From: a virus
Strand: one strand, 5' to 3'
IMG/VR virus record: IMGVR_UViG_3300037336_000025
Coordinates: 64,001-128,000 of that record
DNA: 64,000 nucleotides
The notes beneath the pieces were generated by a model that was not told where the DNA came from, ran no database searches, and was given only the letters and a program-made list of their open reading frames with translations. Below, one piece after another: positions 57,265 to 64,000 of this stretch; within the stretch, counting starts at the first letter, position 1; every line of letters begins with the position of its first letter. Made by a program: the position numbers and the translations under genes.

Positions 57265-57635
57265 TTTTCTAACTCCAATATAGTTTCAATTTTAGTTCTT
57301 ATAACTGAATTATTTAATGTAATTTTTAATCCAGTATGTAATTGCTTAGGCAAATATTCTAGGTTACTCCAAGCAATAGTTGAGGCAGCAGTTGTTAAAA
57401 ATTCTTCATCAACGAGACAAACATACGTACCATATTCAAATCCCCGGTCTTCTGATAGGTACAATTCAATAGGCAAAATACGTCCTTCAGAATACCTGTC
57501 TAATAATACATCAGCATCTTCTAGGAGCGATCGGCTACGAGGGAAGGTAGGAACTGTCCATTTAGATTCTTCTAATATAAGAAGTACCCTACCTGTTGTT
57601 TTTGCTAAGAATAGTAATCCGGCACGCTGTTGCAT
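57258..57635 (-). CDS. Nudix-fold protein with a degenerate Nudix box
   Basis: AGLLFLAKTTGRVLLI...PIELYLSEDRGFEYGTYVCLVDEEF...W..LE.LP..LH.GL frame is Nudix-like, but GX5EX7REUXEEXGU is not present; TAAGTA-N5-ATG. Confidence 0.5.
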   Translation of the reverse strand: MQQRAGLLFLAKTTGRVLLILEESKWTVPTFPRSRSLLEDADVLLDRYSEGRILPIELYLSEDRGFEYGTYVCLVDEEFLTTAASTIAWSNLEYLPKQLHTGLKITLNNSVIRTKIETILELEKC

Positions 57636-57749
57636 ACCAATACTTATCGTTAGCAGTTAACTACCCTATAGTATAATGGTAACTACCCCAGTATTGGCAC
57701 ACAATTCTATGTTGTATTATGAATAAATATATTGATACGGGAATTATAC

Positions 57750-60041
57750 ATGTCAAACAAAGCACCTATACTAAACAGCGTAAGAATTATTCCTAGAGAA
57801 TCTGACTTTCTAGACAGGAAAGTTGGGAGCAGGGGAGAAATTTTTTACGATAGAGATTCAAATACACTTAGATTATTTGATGGTGATCTGTCAGGCGGAA
57901 TTTCGCTTGCTAAGGCTGATCTTTCTAATATAGATAATATAGGATTTAGAAAAAAATCTGTAGAATCTAGAGTGTCAACTGTTGTTTATACAGTAACTGT
58001 TACTGGACCACAGGAGGCCGACTCGGGAAACAAATACAATCTTAACAATATTTATCGTGCAAGTCCAACTCTTGTAGTAGGATACACTTATGTATTTGAT
58101 CAAGGCGATGCTACTAATGTATACTTTCCAAATGCTACCAACTCTACTCCTAATCCTCATCCTTTGAATTTTTCCGATGACAATTTAAGTGGATCGTTGG
58201 GCGGCGGCACACGTTATTTGTCCAACGTAAGATATTTTCTTAATGGGCTTACTGTAACTGAGACTGTATATAATAGTTCAGCGTTCAACTCAGCCACCTC
58301 TAGACAAGTTTGGATAACAATAACCAACTCAACACCAGCGACTCTTTACTATTGGTGTTCTAACCATTTAGTTATGGGAAATGCCATATCAGTAGCAGAT
58401 CCAGGATCAGGTGGAATTGCTAATATAACCCCAGGTAGTGGCATTTCTGTAGCAGTAGTTGATAATGTAACTACTGTGACTAATACAGGTGTATTAGATA
58501 TTCAAGCTGCCGCAGGGATTGCAGTTTCTGAAACCGCAGGTGCATTTACGGTATCTAATACAGGAGTGTTAAGCATTACTGCAGGTACCGGAATCACACT
58601 AACTACTAATCAAGGAGTAGTTACTATAAATTCTTCTGCTGCCGCAGGCGACTTAATTTTCTCTACTAACACTATAGATTTGTCAACAGGCAGCAGTATA
58701 TCCTTTTTAACCGATGTAAGTTTTTCAGCAGATGTGGAAATAGGCAGCGAAATCGTATTTGGGGACGGTAGTAGACAAAGCACAGCAACGTTAGTAGGGC
58801 CGCAAGGCGATGAAGGCCCTCCTGGTCCTACAGGTAGCGGCGCAGGCGATGTTAGCTCAGTAAATGGCGGCTATGCAGATAACAACCTTGTCCGGTACAA
58901 CGGTGTATCCGGTACATCTATACAAACTAGTTTGGCTTCTATCAGCGATACTGGAATATTATCAGCAACATCATTCAGCGGTATAGGAACAAGTCTAACG
59001 GCATTAAATGCTAGCAACTTAGCAAGTGGTACAGTTCCTAATGCTAGATTTCCTGCTACGCTGCCTGTTGCCAGCGGAGTAAACTTAACAGCATTAAATG
59101 CTAGCAACTTAGCAAGTGGTACTATGCCAGATGCTAGATTCCCTGCTACGCTTCCAGTAGTAAGCGGAATAAACTTAACAGCATTAAATGCTAGTAACTT
59201 AGCAAGTGGTACTGTGCCAGTTTTGAGGTTAGGCACTGCTGGAACTAGAGATACTACCACGTTCTTGAGAGGCGATAATACTTGGACAACCGTAGCTGGC
59301 GGTGGCGCACAATCAGATAGTTTTGCAACAATAGCAGTAGCAGGACAGACTAGTGTTGCAGCAGATTCAGCTACTGATACGTTAACACTAGTCGCTGGCA
59401 CCGGTATCAGTATAACTACAGATGCAGGCACAGACACTGTGACTATTACTAACAGTTCTAGCTCTGCTAATGCTTTTGCAACTATTGCAGTTACCGGACA
59501 AAATGATGTAGTAGCAGATAGTGCTACTGATACGTTAACGATCTCCGCTGGTACAGGTATTAGCATAACTACAAATGAGAGTACAGACACAGTAACTATT
59601 ACAAGTACAGTAGCCTCTGGAGCCACTGCATTTACAGGATTAAGCGATTCGGCCGGCGCAACTATAGATCAAATCTACTTACCAGCAATGACAATGTTGT
59701 TAGTAACAAATAACGGAGCATCGGCATATAGATTTGATCAATACGGATCTACTGATAACCCAACAGTATATGCAATTACAGGAATGACTATTGCTTTTAA
59801 TTTAAATGTAAGCGGCCATCCTTTCCTAATACAAACACCAAGCGGTATAAATTATAATACTGGATTAATTCATGTATCAACTGGTGGTACAGTATCAACT
59901 GGAACTAATGCACAAGGTAAGGTTTCTGGAACATTATATTGGAAAGTACCATCGGACATATCAGGTGGATACCGATATCAGTGTAGCGTACACGGCTCAA
60001 TGGTAGGGCTGATTACTGTTAAAACTATCTCTACTCTTTAA
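57750..60041 (+). CDS. Mosaic fibre protein with two cupredoxin-like domains, a short collagen-like segment and tandem repeats
   Basis: HPLNFS...LYYWCSNHLVMG and HPFLI...YRYQCSVHGSMVG; GPQGDEGPPGPTG; TAAATA at 57724-29; ATG 57750 preferred over TTG 57732. Confidence 0.65.
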   Translation: MSNKAPILNSVRIIPRESDFLDRKVGSRGEIFYDRDSNTLRLFDGDLSGGISLAKADLSNIDNIGFRKKSVESRVSTVVYTVTVTGPQEADSGNKYNLNNIYRASPTLVVGYTYVFDQGDATNVYFPNATNSTPNPHPLNFSDDNLSGSLGGGTRYLSNVRYFLNGLTVTETVYNSSAFNSATSRQVWITITNSTPATLYYWCSNHLVMGNAISVADPGSGGIANITPGSGISVAVVDNVTTVTNTGVLDIQAAAGIAVSETAGAFTVSNTGVLSITAGTGITLTTNQGVVTINSSAAAGDLIFSTNTIDLSTGSSISFLTDVSFSADVEIGSEIVFGDGSRQSTATLVGPQGDEGPPGPTGSGAGDVSSVNGGYADNNLVRYNGVSGTSIQTSLASISDTGILSATSFSGIGTSLTALNASNLASGTVPNARFPATLPVASGVNLTALNASNLASGTMPDARFPATLPVVSGINLTALNASNLASGTVPVLRLGTAGTRDTTTFLRGDNTWTTVAGGGAQSDSFATIAVAGQTSVAADSATDTLTLVAGTGISITTDAGTDTVTITNSSSSANAFATIAVTGQNDVVADSATDTLTISAGTGISITTNESTDTVTITSTVASGATAFTGLSDSAGATIDQIYLPAMTMLLVTNNGASAYRFDQYGSTDNPTVYAITGMTIAFNLNVSGHPFLIQTPSGINYNTGLIHVSTGGTVSTGTNAQGKVSGTLYWKVPSDISGGYRYQCSVHGSMVGLITVKTISTL
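58995..59220 (+). repeat. Intragenic 90-nt tandem repeat (~2.5 copies; LTALNASNLASGTxPxARFPATLPVxSGxN)
   Basis: Units start at 58995, 59085 and 59175 and are nearly identical in DNA. Confidence 0.9.
59319..59610 (+). repeat. Intragenic 153-nt (51-aa) duplication (FATIAVxGQxxVxADSATDTLT...TDTVTIT)
   Basis: TTTGCAAC at 59322 and 59475; two aligned protein copies. Confidence 0.8.
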
Positions 60042-60053
60042 ACTTTAGAATTA

Positions 60054-61481
60054 TTACCCGTTAACTATTCCCCAGTATCCTGGAGCGTACTCGCCTTCAA
60101 ATGCTTTCATCCATTGAGTACCGTCCCAGCGATATTGGATACCTGTACGATAGTTTTGAATATAAGTTGGAACAGTAGCAGTAGCAGGATCCCAAACTTC
60201 AACCCAGTTAGTGCCGTTCCATTCAATAATACTGTTGGCTTTGATAACTGGGTCACTAAGGTCGAGATTCTTCCAGCCATCGGGTCCATCTGCATTTGCA
60301 CTATTAGGATTGACATCGTCTAACATTAGATATCTAATCTCAGGTATATTTGCCTGTCCGTTAAATGTAGTAACAGGATTGAATCTATAAGGATCAATGA
60401 TTGCATCTACATAAGTTTTGCCTGCAATAACAGTATTAGAAATTTGGTTAGGATCGTCTGCAAACGACACAGTTAGAATAGTTGGATCAGTAGGGTTAAT
60501 ATCAAATGTGCCTACCATGTCAAAGCCGCTAGCCTGCTTAAAGAAAATATGGTCTCCAGCTTTAAACCCACCGGTAGCTGATAACAAACTATTCCAATCA
60601 ACTGGTTCACCTAACTTGAATGCTTTTTGATCTAACCCTTGTGCAATAACAGCAGCACCTGGATTGACTAGTGTAAGATCGTAAATATTATCACTGATAT
60701 TACCAGTATTAGATTTAAACAATAGTACACGAAAGCGCAACGGATTAGTCTGGAAAGATCCCTTATCCCGATTAAATGCTAAATCTTCAAGATTAACAAT
60801 ATCACCGGCTTCTGTGAACACATTAGCAATAACTGATCTAACCACGCCTAACTTCTTGACCTTGGCTGGCGGAGATAACCATATAGGCATATCAAACTCA
60901 ACAGAACAAATGTCAATGTCACTGTCAGTGCCTTGTGGTATTGTTCTAGAACTAAAATTAGTTGTCTTTATATTTAGAACGCTTAAACTAGTCCAATCAA
61001 TATAGTTGTCCGTTGTTTGTAACTCAAGACTAGGATTAAACAATACCATAATCTGTTCAAATAATTGTAACTTTTGATCAGTGTTACTGGTCCAGATGTC
61101 TGCTTTCATAGACAGTGTGAACGGAGTAGGCATTAGCCGTTCGACGGTATAGTTGCCGCCTTGTGCATTTTGATAATCAATTGTACCGTCGATATCGTCA
61201 TATCTACGTTCTCTAATATTAACCTTACTAACAAACGTAGCATCACTCATCCGACTCATATCCATGTCAACGCCACTGATATAACAGGCAATGCGAGGAA
61301 CGGTAGACATTTTGTTTTCGCTGTTATCTTTAATAATACTAGCAACTTGCCTGGTCATATCTCCGTACAGCACCGGAACACTTAATTGATTGCCTTCTCC
61401 GTCTTGATACTTAAATCCTATAAACACACGCATGAATTGCGTTACATATCGTCTTATTTGTCCGTCATAAAAATAGTCGAT
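60054..61481 (-). CDS. gp15: Tail terminator/sheath stabiliser, gp15-like; start codon uncertain
   Basis: The frame extends 16 codons above the first ATG (61433) as IDYFYDGQIRRYVTQF, matching the gp15 N-terminal (Y)FY...RRY pattern; PTPFTLSMKADIWTSNTDQKLQLFEQIMVLFNP matches gp15. Confidence 0.8.
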   Translation of the reverse strand: MDYFYDGQIRRYVTQFMRVFIGFKYQDGEGNQLSVPVLYGDMTRQVASIIKDNSENKMSTVPRIACYISGVDMDMSRMSDATFVSKVNIRERRYDDIDGTIDYQNAQGGNYTVERLMPTPFTLSMKADIWTSNTDQKLQLFEQIMVLFNPSLELQTTDNYIDWTSLSVLNIKTTNFSSRTIPQGTDSDIDICSVEFDMPIWLSPPAKVKKLGVVRSVIANVFTEAGDIVNLEDLAFNRDKGSFQTNPLRFRVLLFKSNTGNISDNIYDLTLVNPGAAVIAQGLDQKAFKLGEPVDWNSLLSATGGFKAGDHIFFKQASGFDMVGTFDINPTDPTILTVSFADDPNQISNTVIAGKTYVDAIIDPYRFNPVTTFNGQANIPEIRYLMLDDVNPNSANADGPDGWKNLDLSDPVIKANSIIEWNGTNWVEVWDPATATVPTYIQNYRTGIQYRWDGTQWMKAFEGEYAPGYWGIVNG

Positions 61482-61483
61482 GA

Positions 61484-62032
61484 TTATACAGTAGCGTTAG
61501 CCACAGCCTCCTTAGTTAACCACACTCTTTTACCATCTATAACTTTCCAAGTTTTTCCAGTATAGTGCTGTGCTTTTAAATGTGCTTCTCGTTTTTTTTG
61601 TTTATTTTCTTCGGAACAGATTTTTCCTTTCATAGGCCCGCCATCTTTCCTTTTCCATCCGCTATCTCTTCCTTCTAATCTTCTCTGTAAATGAGCAGCT
61701 TTTTGAGCATCACTCATCCGTTGTTTACTCTCTTCAGAATGTAGCTTGTTGCCGCCTGCTTGTCGAATATTAAACCCATTGTTAATAGAATCGTATTGAT
61801 TCACATATTTTTCCTCTAACAAGTTTAATTCTTCCAACGATTTCGCTTCTGCAATAACTTCAAATATAAATGATTCTGATCCGTATTTTTTTAAAGCATT
61901 GTGAAAGTGATATGTTCTTGGAGTATTCCTACTATCGGCAATATGTTCAAGCCGACGCCGATTTGGATTTTGTATAGTTTGCCCTATATACGCTCTTCCG
62001 CTTTCGGTATGTATAAATTTATAGATATACAT
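61484..62032 (-). mobile_element. Free-standing GIY-YIG homing endonuclease gene with NUMOD3-like repeats, inserted between gp14 and gp15
   Basis: MYIYKFIHTESGRAYIGQT...RRLEH...LEEKY...GFN; HSEESKQRMS and MKGKICSEENKQK repeats; flanked by ATTATACA direct repeats (61483-90, 62031-38). Confidence 0.85.
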
Positions 62033-63297
62033 TATACATCCGCCTGTGGTCTAAGCGCCTTGCTAAGGCTTTGTTTCTCTTCAACAGTATGCCCGTCGAT
62101 GACTGCTGTATTTGTATTGTTAATAAATGTACCTTTCTGTGTTTGACGAACATCTTTACCTTCAAATGTATCGCCAACTCCAGTATCGCTAGCACCTAGA
62201 TTGTTCATAGTCATACGCTGTATATCTTCCATCTTAACCCATCTTGTTCCGTTGAACCTAAACAGTCTGTTAGGCATGTAATCTTTTCTTAGGCAATACT
62301 GTCCGTCTACGCCTGACAGTGGAAATGCAATGCCAGCAGTAAACGGCGCACCGTTTGAAGGAATGCCATCTCCTGTTAGGTAACCTTGGTAGCCATTGCC
62401 CTTGGCAGTTTGTAACATTGTGCTGGCTGTTGGCCCAACATATATTGGGTCGTTGTTGGCATCAAACAACAAGTTGCCATCAGCATCAGTGGCCTGGGTT
62501 TGCAAGCTAGCATCAATAGTTTCATTGTCAACAGTTACGAGATCAGCATTTCCGTTTTCATCCAGTTGAACAGTCCAGAATTTAGTAGTATCGTATCCGC
62601 TCTTAGGAGCATCTGCTTCTGCTTGGTTAAGAACTGCTTGGGTAATCTGCATTTCTTTTTCATACGTAGACATAATGTCACGTAAGGTAGTGGTAGTATC
62701 GTTACCATCTCCGTCAGCGAGACCGTTGAGAATGTCTTTAAATTCTTGACTGTCTACTAGTGGTTTACATTTAGCACGATATAGGTGCGGATACCAAGTT
62801 ACTGAATATCCTTCCGCTGCACGATTGACTTCCTCAACAACGTAAAAACGTTTTAGAGCAAACTGCAAATCGTTAAGTGCATACTCGTCTTTTAAGTGCG
62901 GTAGCTCAATTACATCGCCCGACATAATTTTACGTCCAAGTTTTTCGACAGTATCGTTAATATGAAACGTCATGAATACTGTGTCATTTTGTAGAAATAG
63001 ACCAAACTGACTTAGGTTAAAGTCAATGTCTTGAATATTATAAACACCTCGCAGCCTATATATATCCGGATCATACTTGCGATCTCTATTTTCTAAGAAT
63101 AGTAAATCTTGTATTTGTAAAGGATTGTCTGTGGTATATGCAGGAGTTGTCGGAGTAACTTCACTGCTAGAACCAGGTCCTATATACTTGTGAACAAGTA
63201 CATCGACTCCGCCGACTTGGAACATTTCCCAAACGGTTTTATCGATGAATTTAAAATCATTGCCCTTTTGGGCGCGGTAGAGGCTTAATCTTGGCAT
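62032..63297 (-). CDS. gp14: Neck/head-completion protein, gp14-like (421 aa from ATG 63297)
   Basis: MPRLSLY...IQDLLFLENRDRKYDPDIY...IQDIDFNLSQFGLFLQNDTVFMTFH...GDVIELPHL; divergent from gp13 and upstream of gp15. Confidence 0.75.
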   Translation of the reverse strand: MPRLSLYRAQKGNDFKFIDKTVWEMFQVGGVDVLVHKYIGPGSSSEVTPTTPAYTTDNPLQIQDLLFLENRDRKYDPDIYRLRGVYNIQDIDFNLSQFGLFLQNDTVFMTFHINDTVEKLGRKIMSGDVIELPHLKDEYALNDLQFALKRFYVVEEVNRAAEGYSVTWYPHLYRAKCKPLVDSQEFKDILNGLADGDGNDTTTTLRDIMSTYEKEMQITQAVLNQAEADAPKSGYDTTKFWTVQLDENGNADLVTVDNETIDASLQTQATDADGNLLFDANNDPIYVGPTASTMLQTAKGNGYQGYLTGDGIPSNGAPFTAGIAFPLSGVDGQYCLRKDYMPNRLFRFNGTRWVKMEDIQRMTMNNLGASDTGVGDTFEGKDVRQTQKGTFINNTNTAVIDGHTVEEKQSLSKALRPQADV

Positions 63298-63301
63298 ACT
63301 A

Positions 63302-63322
63302 TATTTACCGTAACGATAAATA
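63302..63322. promoter_or_regulatory. Back-to-back late promoters (TAAATA - at 63307-02; TAAATA + at 63317-22), each 4-5 nt from an ATG
   Basis: The 30-nt intergenic gap holds both cores and leaves no room for a Shine-Dalgarno. Confidence 0.7.
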
Positions 63323-63327
63323 CTTGT

Positions 63328-64000
63328 ATGAGCCAAATAGATATTACCAAACAAAGCGTTTACGACTACTGTAAAGCCATGCTGGGTGACGGCATGATTG
63401 ATATAGAGCTAGATCCTATCCATTACGAAACTGCGCTAACACGCAGTTTAGCAGTATTTCGACAACGTGCAGATAATGCTGTTGAAGAAAGTTACATCTT
63501 TTTGAATCTTGAAGAAGATCAAAACGAGTATATTTTGCCAAAAGAAATACAGGTTGTCCGACAGATTTATCGTAGAACTATTGGTTCGCGCACAGGCGGA
63601 GGAAGCGGCGGTACCGTATTTGAACCGTTTAACTTAGCCTACACAAATACCTATTTGTTATCATCAACAAACATGGGTGGGCTAGCAACATACGAACTGT
63701 TTGCAGGCTATCAAGAAATGGTTGGTAAGATGTTTGGATCTTTTATTAACTTTAATTGGAATCCACAAAACCGTAAACTAACAATTCATCAACGTCCTCG
63801 CACTCAAGAGTCAGTTATGTTGTTGGTTTATAACGTTAAACCTGATCACGCAATTATCGAAGATACGTATGCAGGACAATGGATTAAAGATTACACCCTT
63901 GCTAATTGCAAAATGATGCTTGGTCAAGCCCGTGAAAAGTTTGCCAGCATTGCAGGTCCGCAGGGCGGCACAGCGCTTAACGGGGCAGCAATGAAAGCTG
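63328..64000 (+). CDS. gp13: Neck protein gp13-like, partial (runs off the right edge)
   Basis: MSQIDITKQSVYDYCKAMLGDGMIDIELDPIHYETAL...FRQRADNAVEESY...WIKDYTLANCKMMLGQAREKFASIAGPQGGTALNG; I translated it with no stop to the edge. Confidence 0.85.
   Translation, partial: MSQIDITKQSVYDYCKAMLGDGMIDIELDPIHYETALTRSLAVFRQRADNAVEESYIFLNLEEDQNEYILPKEIQVVRQIYRRTIGSRTGGGSGGTVFEPFNLAYTNTYLLSSTNMGGLATYELFAGYQEMVGKMFGSFINFNWNPQNRKLTIHQRPRTQESVMLLVYNVKPDHAIIEDTYAGQWIKDYTLANCKMMLGQAREKFASIAGPQGGTALNGAAMKA

Noticed and set aside
61478-62029. Group I intron reading of the gp14/gp15 insert: AUGU as 5' exon end and ...AUCG as terminal G would splice to MYYFYDG in frame
   Set aside because: The boundaries fit, but the insert is almost entirely endonuclease ORF and I see no P3-P7 core. 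Kept only as something an RT-PCR would test.
99-62685. Numerous short ORFs antisense to or nested in long genes (e.g. 99-428, 8681-9109, 12731-13372, 18263-18712, 45570-46139, 58871-59626)
   Set aside because: They are reverse-frame shadows of genes with clear family motifs, with no RBS or motif of their own. Codon bias and Ala/Thr/Gly richness keep opposite frames open.
1-64000. CRISPR array, tRNA/rRNA genes, IS elements, integrase
   Set aside because: No regularly spaced repeat-spacer units or recognisable RNA-gene or transposase motifs were seen by eye. A tRNAscan/CRISPR-finder run would confirm.
1-64000. Stop-codon reassignment, as in some jumbo phages
   Set aside because: Long genes are intact in the standard code, and TAG (14186) and TGA (15242, 17248) end genes at sensible positions.

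Overview
The window is the virion-morphogenesis region of a large T4-superfamily (jumbo-type) myophage, read in the standard genetic code. Left to right: a minus-strand baseplate block (gp7-like partial, gp6, gp25, gp5, hub, gp53, gp48-like); a divergent late sigma factor gp55, gp47/gp46 (Mre11/Rad50-like), an Hc1-like small protein and a GIY-YIG nuclease; a ~520-nt non-coding stretch packed with helices; a gp26-like gene; the tape measure, portal, scaffold, protease and major capsid genes; ~22 kb of duplicated fibre/structural genes; a late glycosyltransferase-carbamoyltransferase-2OG oxygenase-SGNH cluster; a cupredoxin-bearing fibre; and gp15, an inserted GIY-YIG/NUMOD3 endonuclease, gp14 and partial gp13. 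The strongest leads are: (1) an unidentified highly structured RNA directly behind a compact GIY-YIG gene; (2) a textbook-looking -1 ribosomal frameshift (A_AAU_UUU + 6 nt + 9-bp stem) joining the gp26-like ORF to a gp51-like tail; (3) a gp15 gene with no ATG at its expected start after an endonuclease insertion flanked by 8-bp direct repeats; (4) repeated TAA(A/G)TA-N4-5-ATG leaderless late genes; and (5) a putative virion- or DNA-modification enzyme set. All family assignments come from motif recognition by eye; no database search was run.
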